A DNA stretch of 64,000 nucleotides from Ruditapes philippinarum. Taxonomy: Eukaryota. The stretch lies in NCBI RefSeq assembly GCF_026571515.1, contig NW_026853239.1, forward strand, positions 1 to 64,000. Reading direction: 5' to 3'. A model generated the notes under the pieces. That model was given only the letters and a program-made list of their open reading frames with translations. It was not told the origin of the DNA and searched no databases. Made by a program: the position numbers and the translations under genes. This document shows positions 42,701 through 53,967 of the stretch, one piece after another (the first letter of the stretch is position 1; the number at the start of each line of letters is the position of its first letter).

Positions 42701-45700
42701 CTTACTACTTTCTTCTAAATACAGTCAATACACACAATTACAAAAGAGAGCATTTTTAATCATAAGCACATAGAAAGAGTCGTGGTATGGAAATTTTCAT
42801 ATTTTAATCGTGGCTACCACCACTCATGAAATTTCATTTTTCATTCCACTTGATATAATTATCAGTTTTCAATCAGAAGAAGAAAAAAACATAAGAAAAC
42901 TGTAGTCATATGGAAATACATTTTAGATAAACAAGTTTTTAGATTTTGAAACATGTGATCTCTAACAAAATGACCAAAATGTCCAGAAAATAAAACAATT
43001 TTTACCGACAAACAAAGAAGCACCAATAGAAAGTTGTTAATTGCTGACGTAAACCATAAATAAAATTCGACAAATAAACAAAGGTTATATAGGTAAACTT
43101 CATTCAACCTTATAATTAAGCTATTTGATATCAAAATAATCAAAATCCTGTATTTATAAGAAAAAAACTGAATATCCTCAAAATCAATCAATCAATCAAT
43201 CAACTATTGAGTCAGCGAGTGACACTATAATCATTTAAACATGCAGGAACCTGAAACTAATTAGTTTTTCCAGGAAAATTTATAAGAACAAATAATATAC
43301 AAGCAAATAGCATAAATATGTGAAGTCAGAAATAAATAAAAGATATGATTTTTACAGACGAAGGCAAAGATTTTACAAGAGATGGAAGGTTTTAGAAGGT
43401 CACAGAGAGACGTGTTCTTTGTTCCCGTTGGAAATTTAGATCTGGTACAATATGTTTTATCTTTCACAAATTTGTATAGGGATGTGTATAATTTGAAAGA
43501 TTATGTAAATTATATCTGAACTTTGTTCTAAAAATCAAGCAATAATAGTTTCTATCATAAGAGAGATCATATTGTTGTACAAAATTAGAAAAGAGCATAT
43601 TTTCTCAGGGTTTTACAAAAAATTGTGCCGTCCGTTGATAGTCTTAAAAAAGGCTGCGGTGTTTTGTTGTTTTAGTTTTAAAATTTATGCCATGAAGTGA
43701 TACAACATATCTAATTGTTTCGCCTGTTTGTTACCATCGATATTTGTGCATTATTTTGATTATTTTTTATTTATTGTATTTTTTTCATATTGGCTGTTTT
43801 AGGATTTCATAAATACAATGGCAGCTTGTTGTGACGGCATGCTTCTGGATCATACGTATGGGACACGGTTCTCAAGAAGACAGTTTTTGACAGTTAGTAT
43901 TTCTTCCCTATCTCACTTGGTTGCGTATAAATACTGCTCACGTGATCTCAAAAAATAGTTCACGTGACCTTAAAAATAGTTCGTCCTTAGAACGCGTATG
44001 AATCATCTACTTTTGTCAATCCAGCATCATATGACGAGGACAATAAAAAATATCTACTTTACATCATTATAATTCAGTAATAAAATATTTTGCTTGTAAG
44101 AGTGAAAATAGTAGAAAAAAAACTAAACCAAGTTGTGAAAGTAACTCCATTGAGGTACAAAGGTCTAAATTCATAAAATTTGAATTTCCAACAAAGATCA
44201 GCTGTGGCACTTAAAGCAGAAATATATGTAGAGTGTAATTAAGGGATATCCTTAGAAATTTATTGAAATCGTATTTTTGAGCTATTCTCATCCAGATTTG
44301 AGTGAACAGCGTTGGAATGCTTTTTAACTTTGGTCATTTTTCAGAATTAAAATAATTATTCCCTTTAATTAACATACAAATAGAGATTCCGCTGTTAGTC
44401 AGATTTCATAGTTTTTTGGCCAAAGGCCATCTAAATTCAGCTTGTTTGACTTCCTGTAAAACTTATAGGGTAGAACTGAATGTAAGAAGAATTTGATTGG
44501 TCATTTAAAATTACAAATTTAAATCTGGGAATCCCATTGGTCATCCAAAGTTAAAATGTAAGGGATAGTTCTTACCATTTTAAAATAAGTGTTAAGGATA
44601 GTTTTAAAATAAAATGTATATGATGGTTTTTGCGCATTAGAAAATGTAAAGGATAGTTCTAAAACAAAACGTACAAGAGTATGCAAATTAGCCAGTTTTA
44701 ATCCGGCTGAGTACTTTTTTAAAGACATTTCCTGTTTATAAGACCTTCTTCTGAATTTCAGAAGCAGCTGGCCGATCCATCTGGCATGATGACGGACGAG
44801 TTTACACATGGTTCAGACCACAAGCTTTCTAAGGAAGACATGGTAATGTCAGTGTATTCAATTCTTTCTTGCATACCAGACAGGATTATCTACCGTTTAC
44901 ACCGGTGCTATAAAAACCTGTCTTACACCCGCCGTGTAAGACAAGTCACGTGCATTCAATGACGTCACTCCCGCTCGCCTTTAATAAATGAATTGCGTTA
45001 TTTTGCCTCTGAACCGGCATCAGGTGTAAAATATTTACAGTCTAATATATTTCGATTTTGAACTTGCTGATTGGGAAACGCCGCTACAACTACATTTCAA
45101 ACACAAATTTATCAACTTAACACTTCCTGGAAACTTTAATCAAATCTACATGGTAAAGCATTCTTAGAATTTCGATATTTGATGAAGTGTTTACAAAAGA
45201 TATGAAAATAGAAAACACTTTACCTTTGCTGACAGCTGATTCTAGCGACATGCACTGTGTGTATACGATTTAACTCTGACACATGTTCAACAGAAATGCC
45301 CCCAAACTATGATACAATAATAATGTTTACACAACTTTGCAGGAGGATATGAGGAGTATACAGGAAAGATTCAAACGTCACATAGAAGAACGTGCTGAAA
45401 TTGTTGACGGCAGAAACATGTACGAGGAGAAAACTAGCACTACATTACCGGAAATCGGTTGCCGCGTTCGACGTGGTCCCGATTGGCAATACAATAACCA
45501 AGATGGCAATGGTCCTGGGACAGTGATAGGCCACGACGATGATGGTAAATCTATATCATTATTGTTTGCTTAACGTGACATAAGTTTTGTTAAAAAAATA
45601 TTGTATCTGATTGTCTCAAGGTTGATAATTTTAGTTCGACTATTCGGGGGAATAGGGAGATCTATTGTACTCACCCAGTCGTCGGTGTCTAACTTGGGTA

Positions 45701-48700
45701 AAGTTTTTGCGTGCAAGTTGGTACCTCAAAAGATTATAAAAGGAATGGGTTGAAACTTCACATACCTATTTAGCAGCATAATAAAAGGTCACTATCCAAG
45801 ACCCATAAGTCCATCATGTGCTTTGACAGAACTTTGGCCCCTTTTTGGACTAAACGCATTCTTCATTATCCAGGCTCTTGTGTATAACTATCAAGCAGAA
45901 AAGTCGAACATGCTGTCCCATGGACAGCTCTTGCTATTGATTAAGTAATATTGTTAGGTCTTGTATTTAATTTCACGTTTAAACTGATATTATTATACGT
46001 TTATACTATTATATGTTTAAAGCTTTTTAAGGCACTGCTTAACATGCAGTAATATATCGTAAATGTAGCAAAATGTAAAGAAAGAAGTACTTTGTCTTAG
46101 ACACAAAATGCTTATTCACTATAATTATCCCAATTGCCAACAAAGCAAAAGAAACAATTATATTTCATCTATATGCCACATGAGTATTTTTGGAAACTGT
46201 TACAAGATATAAAATATAAAATGGTTTTGAGAGAAGTAAAAATGATAGCATTTCTGAGGCATAATTGGCCTTTAAAATCCTCTGATAAATAACATATATT
46301 TCTTACAAATTATAAGCAATTAAAATTTCTGAAAAATATTGGTTCAAATAACGTTTTTAATACATACCCGTGCCGATTTTGCAACTCTGTAAAAATGGTA
46401 TTGCACGGCCGTGCATATATTTTGACGTGACGTCATTTTCGTCATATAAACATAGCGTTATGACGCGCTAAATGTTAACGTTATACTTTAGGCGCGTCAA
46501 TGAAAAATGTTTCTTTAACACTTCAAACCGTCTTTATTTTGGATATGTGTAAATAGAATTTTAAATTCGTGTTAGTTCATTACTAAATTTATTGAACTCG
46601 TTAAAAAAACCAATATTATGCTCGCAAGAGGCTCGCATAATATAATTTTATTCAACTGGTTCAATAAATTCGGTATTACACTCATTCAATATCCTCTATA
46701 TAATAAAACAAATTATTTTTTCACAAAGATTACCATGTATGGTGTGAATGGGATAATAATGGGTATAAAAATATATACAATTACGGTCCAAGGGCGTACA
46801 GCGTACTTGTTGTTGACGAGCCGAGGATCCTAAAACCAGGGGAAGTAATCGCTGTTGGATGTCAAGTTGTTCCAGGTTTGTAGCGAAATCTTCATTTTGG
46901 TTTATAGTTATTGATGAAGTAATATTTTTGAAAATAGAATAAAAATAAACAATGACAAAAAAAATCAACAATAAAAAAACAACATACATTTTTTATATTG
47001 TCATTATATTGTGTCGCCTGCCATATAAATTGGGATTCCCGATTAAAGAAATTTAGCCGAGTTATGGCCCTTGAATAATGAAAAAACAACAACATTTCGG
47101 CCTGTAAATAATAGTTGTGCCTTCTGCTACACATGTTATCACTGGTCGCTCTTGATGTTTTGTTTTAAATAATATGAGCCGCGTCACGACAAAACCAACA
47201 TAATGGGTTTCCGCGCAGTCTGATCAGGATCCATGCTGTTCGCTATCAGTTTCTCTACTTGCTATAGACTTTGTAATGCGGCGTTCACACAGTGCCGATT
47301 ATGGCTCCCGTTTGAGATCAGACAGCGCTACGACACGAAAAGCGGATTACTATCCTCAATGGTCTGGAATGTCCTATCATTGTCTGAACGCAGTCGTATA
47401 TGTTCGTAACAGAGTCCAACGGATCGGGAATGGTCCGAAGAGGTCGGCCAAGCACTCCCGACAGTTAGATGCGTCCCGTAACATTCGGGAAACTCAGCCG
47501 ATTTTGTCTAGTCGGATTACAATCGTGACTATGTCGTGACAGATTCTGCTGTATCGGATCAAAATCGTAACAATGTCCTGTGTTGTCTGGTCAGTGTCCT
47601 GTGGAACGGGCATGATCTGGAGAAATTTTGCATTGCCGTTTCTTGCCGATTGAGTCCAGATTGCGTCCAGATCTTGCCGAATGCGAACCGTCTTTGCCGA
47701 ATCCGTTCCGGAACAGTTCTGTAATTAATACGAAATTCGGCAATAATACCCACGTCAGAGTCACGACAATTACAGAACACGATACGACTGAGTCCAGACA
47801 AAGGCGTGTGCAATGCGGTACAGCAGACTGTAATAAGATTGCGTTCCGGCAGTGTCCCGATCATCCCGAATATGGCGACAGTTGTAGGATTCCAGATGCA
47901 TGGATTTCCAGATTCGGCTGAGCTGCTCACGTATGGAGTATAACGTGTGTGTGTGTCATTCATTGACAGTACTTTGATCGGTCCACCATGAATGCTGCTC
48001 GTAGACGGAGACTTCTGCAGCAAGTTGCTCTCATGGAAATGGAAGAAGAAGAAGACCTTCTGTTTGGCAATTATTATTTGAACTGAAGGGCTATGAGACC
48101 CGGTAGAAATAGAAGATACTGGGTCAAGCCCTGGATATACAGAAGGGAACAGCTCGGCCAGTATGACACATTGATGAGGGAGCTGAGAGAAGAAGATCCA
48201 GAAGCTTTCATCAACTACATGAGGCTGCCCATGGAACTATACGATGAAGTCCTGGCTCGGATCACACCCCGCATCACCAAATCAGATACCTGGTGGAGGC
48301 AAGCCCTTGATCCAGGACTGAAGTTTGCCTGTACCATGCGGCATCTGGCATCCAGCGACAGTTACAGCAGCATAAAGGGGGACTTCAGGGTTCCCAGTAA
48401 CACCATGTCAATGTTTGTCCCTGAGGTCTGCCGAGCCTTCATTGATGAGTACGCTGCATCTACCTGTCCCACTACCCAAGCAGAGTGGAAGGAAATCGCA
48501 AATGAATTTCTCCGCAGATGGAACTTCCCACATGTGTGCGGTGCATTAGACGGAAGCACGTTGCGTGCAAGTGCCCACCAAATACCGGATCTACCTAACA
48601 TAACTACGAGGGCTTCTTCTCCATAGTCCTGATGGCCCTCGTAGATGCGGACTATAAATTTATTTGGCTTGATGTTGGGCCAGATGGAGCAGCTTCAGAC

Positions 48701-51700
48701 GCACAAATATACAACGAGTGTAAGCTGAAAGAAGTCCTTCAGAACAAGACCATTGGCTTTCCTGATCCTGAGCCACTTCCTAGAGATGATAGAAATATGC
48801 TATACTTCTTTGTTGCTGACAATGCCTTTCAACTGAGAACTGACATGATGAAGCCTTTCTCTTTCCGTAACATGACAGTAGAAAAAAGGATCTTTAACTA
48901 CAGGCTGTCAAGAGCACGCAGAATTGTGGAAAATGCGTTTGGCATCTTGGCTCAGAGATTTCAAATACTGTTGTCAACCATGCAACACACTCCTGACAAT
49001 GTAAGAATCATCGTACAGGCTTGTGTCTGTCTCCACAACTTAATGAGAATACGCTACCCAAGCATGAACATCAACCAGGTTGATCGTGAAGATGTCAAGG
49101 ACGCAAGGATCGTACCCGGAGAATGGAGATTGGGGCCGAAACATGCTTGACGTTGTCAATGTTCAGGGTGCTAACCGTGCAACAATACAGGACAAGACGC
49201 AGAGACAATAACTAAAACATTATCTTAACTCTGCCGCTGGATCAGTACCTTGGCAGATGAGGATGATCAACCCTCGCCGTAAATGAAGACCATATAATTA
49301 TTGACAGAATACTATGCTATTATGTGTCACATCTTGTATGTACCATTGGCTTTTAAATAAAACAGCGGAGTTTAACTTGTGACATTACTTATTTGGTAGC
49401 AAAATAAAATATTGTTTAATGTTTATTGAAATTTATTTTATTTATGAATGGGTAAACTCCTAGTTTGGACTACTTTTTAATTAAAGGCAACTTGTTTGGC
49501 AAAAATTTAAAGTTAAAACACAATATATTTTTACCGTGAACACGTGAAACGGTTTTCTAACGGATGTCTTCCGTCAGAGTCGGTTCATTGTCTGGTCACT
49601 GTCTGATCTCTGTCGGATCGCATTCGGGAGAATCGGGACGCTGTCGGGACAGATTCGGTCGTTTTTTACCATGACAAAGATACAAATCGGATCAGAATCG
49701 GATTGAGAACGGGATAATCGGGACGAATTCTGCTGGAAACGGCTGGATCGGGACGCCTCCTGAACAATATCTGATTGTTGTCGTGATTAAATAAATGTTT
49801 TTACAAATTTTAATAAAAGTTTGAATTTCCAGCCACGAATCACAGGATCTTGATCAGACTTTTGACACATTTTAATCGGGAATGGTCCTATCAAAGACGG
49901 CAGTAAAAATCCTGAATGTGTGACTTAGGCTTAAGCGAACAGAGTGGATCCTGATCAGATTGCGTGGATGAGCAGGTTGGTCTGGATCCATGCTGGTCGC
50001 AAACCCATTATGTTGGTTTTGTCGTGACGCGGCACAATTATTATGTTGAGACGTCAATGAAATTATCTGCAAAATTTCATTATTTTCAGGTAAAGATTGG
50101 AAAAATTCTGAGGGCAATGTAGATAATGGTGTTGTTATCAAATTAGACAAACGAGCAAACTCTGTGTTGGTAGGTTAAACGGATTTCTTTTTTCTTCTGC
50201 TTACGAAATTGAACTAGGAAAATTGTTTGTTTGTCTATTCATGTAAATCCTGTTCATCCTGTTTTTAATATGTTTAAAGGAACTCCACTGAGGTTAAAAG
50301 AAAAAATAAGAAAAGAAATAAAAACAACTACCAAAGGATCGAAACATAAAAAAAATAATTTTCTACATAAGTCTTAAACTTAAAACCGAAAGATATGCAA
50401 GAGATAATTAAGAAATGTACTCCGAAATAGATTGTGAAATCGAAAACAACAACAAGAAAAACCACCACCAACAACAAAACTAACAAAAATTACGACAAAT
50501 TCGCCCAAGAAAATAACAAATCATGGCGGAAAACAGTCAAGGGGATGTAACTCTGCAAATACTTAAACAAGTATATAATCCGATAAGATGCCGTACAGAT
50601 ACCGTAACAATGATCTCTGTCATACGTTGAGAACATCATACCATTATGATATCGAAGAGCATCTCTAGCAGTTCCACTGTATCCACTCACCTCAAGTTTG
50701 TAATTGTCTTCTTCTGGATATATCTTAAACTTACTGTACTTAGCATATGCACTGTTTCCCTCAAAATCTTCAATCTCTATTCGAAGTTCGTGTTCTCCAT
50801 CCGATGTCAGTAGACTCAAATGATCATTACCGAGCCAGAACTCATCATTGAGATCACCGAAACCGTTTTTATACTCATTCCAGTTTCGATAAAAATCTGT
50901 TTCTCCGTTCAGTCTTCTTTGAAATACTATCCAGCCTCCACCGTCTGTAGTTTGGTCACAGTAAACTACAGAACCTTGTCGTAATTTCTTTATTCCATTT
51001 CCTGCATTACCCATAGCTGTTAACAAACGACAGGAGGTAGGATAGAATAGATACTCCATTTTCGAATATAAATTAGTTATTAGAGTTTCAATGTTTTCAA
51101 TTTGTTTGGTGTTTTGCTTAACCTTTTCAGCCATATTTTGTAACACTTTCCGGTCATTTTCAGACGTTATAATAGCGTCTTCTGACACATGTTTGACCGT
51201 TTCAAAGCTGCTTAATAATTGATCAGTATTATTTACAGCGACTTTGCAATAGTTTTTAACATCTTTGTTGAGGGATATCAGATTGTTTTCAATCTTTGGA
51301 ATTTCCCGTCGAAATCTTACAGACTCAGATTTTTCCTCGGTGAAGGCTGTTCTAAGTCTCGTAAAATCCTCTTCCAATGTGTCAACTGTTTCAAAATTAA
51401 TCTCATCAGCTTTGGTCGCCGCTGAAGGAACGGGCTGTTGTTTTCCAATGGTTTCATTTAACAATTTATCGATGCCATTCAGTCGCATTGTTATTTCAGC
51501 AATATCTTCGTCTCTGATTGTAAATTCGAAGTTAAGTCTAGTTTCTAAATGTTTGACAATTGACCTTAATCGATCAAGTTCTCTTGTTGAACTTGTCAAA
51601 CAAATGACAGATACCATGAGAAGAAAAACTTTTACTTTACCAAATTACTGCATATTCCTATTTGTTTTCAATTGTTCTTAAAGCTAGAACACACGATTCG

Positions 51701-53346
51701 TCTTGATATGATCTATGATTATTTTCTAAACAACTTGAAACAATCCCAGTTCTTTATTAATAAAAATAAATTTTAAGTTGATACCGTTTGTTCAATATTC
51801 ATTAGAATAATGGTGATAAATGTTATCGTCATACATTCTTTATATTCCTAAATCTAAAGAGCCTTATTGTTCTTTTGTGCGTGTTTCTTTTTCAATTATA
51901 TTAAGTGGGCACTTTATTGCTCTTAGTTTCAAATTGGGTGTTTGCTTTTTTCTTGCCTCTCAAAAAGAAAGAATACTCTTTATTCGAACAAGTAGGAGCC
52001 AATTACATTATATGTCTTACGTTTTAAGTAGATGTACTTATTGGATGTGGTACAATCATATAACTTACGCTTATCTAATAATAACTAAATTACACAGAGT
52101 AAAATGTTATGAAAATGTGCAGTCATTATAGCCAAATCTAAAAAAAACTTTTTTTTTGTTTTTACATAATGTCGCTTATTTTCAATGTAAATTTTTACCT
52201 TTGCCTACCACTTTACAATACATTGTATATATAAATGGTCCAAGAAACAGTAAATTTGCACATTTTTTTCATAAACAATTTAAAACAAATTTTGTTAAAT
52301 AACTCCAGAAGACTGTGAGTAATTTCTCAGGAAACGTATATTTTAATCAAAGCACAGAAGGCGCTGAATTTGTTTGGGTCTCAGAATGTCAGAAAGGTGA
52401 AGGTTGTGAGATTATAAACCAATTTGTTTGTAAAGTGTCACCAAATTCTGTTTCCAGTGTTATAACTATAGTAAATTGACTATAAGACTAATTACAACAC
52501 TGGTATTCAATTCAAGGTTTATTTGGCTTAGTCAAAAAAAAAAATAAAAAACAAAAAAACATGAGTTGGCTGAACTGGGATTTGAACTCCGGACCTCTCG
52601 CTTCTAATGCGAGAGTGTAAACCCCTCGACCACGGGGTGTTATAAGACAACAATCTGAAGAATACCATATTATTTTTAATTAGAGTTTGTAACCCTTATA
52701 AATTTCCATATATTTTGTTCATGTTTAACACTGAAGTAAATAATCATGGAGCTGAATATAAGCATGTTTATCTATAAGAATAAGACAATATTAGAAATCT
52801 TCGACTATTTTTTTCGTTACGAAAATTAATGCGCCTGTCATTTGACTATCTTTACACAGTGATCTCCCCTTAATTTTTCGGTGTTAATGTACATATGAAA
52901 GGAAGTAACCGCTTCGAGGAGTTTGGACTACTTTCGGCATTTGCAAATAATAACATCAGGGTCTGAAATTCCGCTACCATTATTTGTTTGGTCTGACGAC
53001 CCAAACAAATAAAAACAACTATGTGGAGTCCCCTTTAAAGGTCAAAGAAAGGAGTACATAATGTATAGTTGATGACACTCAGTATAATGTTAAGGTTAAA
53101 ATATCATAAAAATTGTTTATCTAAATATTTTCATTACAGGTTCGATGGAATGATGGTAGAAGAGGAAATTATTCTTACGGGGCTGATGGGAAACAGGAAG
53201 TTCGTCTGAAAACAAATGCTCTAAGGAGGAAAGTTACTTTCAATCAGTCATTGAATTTCAAGAGCGCAGTTCCTGTAAAAATAAGTTATCACATCGACTC
53301 TACATTAAGTCCCTTTCTAAACAATGAATATATATGTCTTATATAG
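30794..53346 (+). CDS. Gene B: multi-exon coiled-coil + VWA + 2x MIB/HERC2 domain protein (~630 aa), paralog of gene A
   Basis: Phase-compatible GT-AG exons: 30794-30852, 31665-31693, 31991-32179, 33723-33855, 35186-35226, 36164-36247, 37705-37827 (VICIDISESM, MIDAS DxSxS), 38878-39003, 41239-41316 (KLGGPSQMFGG), 42247-42374 (KIIVITDGRAT), 43358-43444 (FFVPVG), 43803-43892, 44762-44842, 45343-45544 ([26 protein letters not shown]), 46729-46875 (VWCEWD..YNYG..AVGCQVVPG), 50090-50169 (KDWK..GVVI), 53140-53346 (VRWNDGRRGNYSYGADGKQEV). Start and C-terminus are uncertain. Confidence 0.9.
31113..31448. mobile_element. Kolobok-like MITE, family 1
   Basis: TTAA TSD, TIR AGGGACTCCACTGAGG. Confidence 0.9.
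32232..32430 (+). mobile_element. tRNA-derived CORE-like SINE
   Basis: CCGAGTGGTTAA A box and the shared core with the 29612 copy. Confidence 0.8.
32453..32714. mobile_element. TTAA MITE family 2 (other copies at ~16091-16341, ~46060-46275, ~55040-55190)
   Basis: TTAAAGGCCC/A termini, shared TCTGAGGCAT and ATGGAAGTCAAAATACT segments. Confidence 0.6.
33860..34880 (+). repeat. (ATCAT)n-type microsatellite, interrupted by a SINE
   Basis: ~740 bp of ATCAT/GTCAT/ATCCAT units. Confidence 0.95.
34399..34676 (+). mobile_element. Full-length tRNA-derived SINE (Meta/MESC-like core, tentative) with 12-bp TSD
   Basis: A box GTGGCCGAGTGG, B box GGTTCGAATCC, (AAAC)n tail, TSD ATGTCCACATCA at 34387-34398 and 34677-34688. 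Confidence 0.92.
35250..35643. mobile_element. MITE with internal TTCAACTTCACGAATTCACGA repeats
   Basis: Imperfect TIR TACGGAAGACCAGTGGGGTCATTT / AAATGTCACTATCGGCCTTTCGT. Confidence 0.7.
36340..37020 (+). mobile_element. Longer copy of the 17115 repeat family
   Basis: Same termini with an extra internal GC-rich segment. Confidence 0.7.
37838..38395 (+). repeat. ~105-bp tandem duplication followed by degenerate ~24-bp tandem repeats
   Basis: CTTGAAAAAAATAGTTCCTACTTT x2; AAATTAGGTATTCAGAGTGAACA-like units. Confidence 0.7.
38410..38780. mobile_element. Dispersed AT-rich repeat (copies at ~28448-28615 inverted and ~42610-42860)
   Basis: Shared TTTTCACTGCAGTGAAA and CGTGGCTACC.CCACTCATGAAAT..TTTTCAT.CCACT.GAT. 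Confidence 0.65.
39004..39221 (-). mobile_element. tRNA-derived SINE abutting a gene B splice donor
   Basis: Minus strand CCGCCTCCGTGATCGAGGGGTTAGAG..GGGTTCGATCCCCGG.. and an (AAAC)n tail. Confidence 0.75.
39264..40345 (+). repeat. ~130-bp direct repeat pair (39264-39400 and 40219-40352)
   Basis: GGTATTCCTTTAGGGC..TTTGTCTTTACTGAGC.TGTTCATTTAAAATAAA..GACTGGAGCAGTACTATA.ACGCTTGCAGAAAT. Confidence 0.8.
45628..45935 (-). mobile_element. Short HINE-like element
   Basis: TTTTAGTTCGACTATTC..GAATAG hairpin, GTCGTCGG stretch, terminal GCTGTC..GACAGCTCTTG. Confidence 0.6.
47277..49931 (+). mobile_element. PIF/Harbinger DNA transposon (2655 bp) with TAA target-site duplication
   Basis: TAA at 47274-47276 and 49932-49934; imperfect termini TGCGGCGTTCACACA / TGTGTGACTTAGGCT; GC-rich subterminal ATCGG/TCGGGA motifs; it splits a MITE at the site that is intact at 30311-30543. 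Confidence 0.9.
47988..49286 (+). pseudogene. Harbinger/HARBI1-family DDE transposase, disrupted
   Basis: ccaccATG at 47988; in-frame TGA at 48084; motifs YWVKPW, FINYMR, WNFPHVCGALDG(KH; -1 frameshift at ~48554), NYEGFFSIVLMALVDADYKF, FFVADNAF, FNYRLSRARRIVENAFGILAQRF, CLHN; another frameshift at ~49140; C-terminal YLNSAAGSVPWQ. Confidence 0.93.
50278..53034. mobile_element. Composite TTAA-flanked Kolobok-like element (2757 bp) enclosing the FReD sequence
   Basis: TTAA at 50274-50277 and 53035-53038; termini AGGAACTCCAC / GTGGAGTCCCCT. 50278-~50445 matches the left half and ~52910-53034 the degenerate right half of the ~340-bp MITE family in this window. Confidence 0.6.
50490..51653 (-). 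pseudogene. Fibrinogen-related (FReD; ficolin/ANGPTL-like) coiled-coil + FBG domain sequence, intronless, 3'-truncated, nested antisense in a gene B intron
   Basis: 375-aa ORF 50490-51617 with FBG motifs VYCDQTTDGGGWIVFQRRLNGETDFYRNWNEYKNGFG, EFWLGND, YKLEVSGYSG, HNGMMFSTYDRD. The GGWWY..C..NLNG C-terminal part is missing. The in-frame upstream ATG at 51653 is followed by TAA at codon 3 (MQ*FGKVKVFLLMVSVICLT, signal-peptide-like). Confidence 0.85.
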
Positions 53347-53967
53347 GAAATAAATACAGAAAGGGAACTTTTATCACTTGAGGTTGTTTATCAAAGGCAG
53401 TAAAACCATATATGAGATTCTTATGGTGGCCTTTTCATGCCATGTCGTATTTTCGCTCCGCGTAGCAACAGGAGAAAACATAAAAATATTTCGCCTGACG
53501 CCCAGCGGACCAAAAAATACAATTAGCACAAATCAGCCACCACAAATTAGGTTTAACAGTTGTGAGTTTGTCTATCAGATTTCGGTATTGCACTGGACAA
53601 TGCACAAAAATCTCATACTATCATGTGGCAGCACATGTCAGATCCTTTTTAGATCAAATACTGGTATCCTGGTCAAAGTCAGTTGTATACAAATATACAT
53701 TTAAATGTGAACTTATTTCAACGAATAAAAGTCATTCTAAAACTTTCTTAATAAATAGATTGCAATGATCTGCACTGATTTTCTTTTTAAAAGTGATGAA
53801 TTGTTTTGTTTAGATTGAAAGATTGATAAATCCATTAAAGATATTAATTGTGATAATGATTTATTTTGTCTGATTAATCAATCATTATACAACATCAATC
53901 AGTTGTTTCCTAACTTAATATGATTCATAACAAAATTATGATTTAGTATGAAATTCATACATTGCAG

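Larger units (their letters stand above)
47175..50036. mobile_element. Palindromic MITE (halves 47175-47276 and 49932-50036) interrupted by the Harbinger element
   Basis: TIR TGAGCCGCGTCACGACAAAACCAACATAATGGGTTT; the joined halves align to the 30311-30543 copy. Confidence 0.85.

Noticed and set aside
47276-48023. ORFs in the Harbinger 5' region as a second (Myb/SANT) gene
   Set aside because: No W-spaced Myb/MADF pattern; they overlap GC-rich subterminal repeats.
51219-51681. Plus-strand ORFs opposite the FReD (and minus ORFs at 58654-59323)
   Set aside because: Antisense shadows of real coding sequence.
52303-52479. ~59-codon open frame inside the composite element (second cargo?)
   Set aside because: No recognisable homology or start; cannot be supported without a search.
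45343-53346. Calling genes A/B MIB1/MIB2 or HERC2
   Set aside because: No ZZ finger, ankyrin, RING, RCC1 or HECT regions; only the MIB/HERC2 module is shared.
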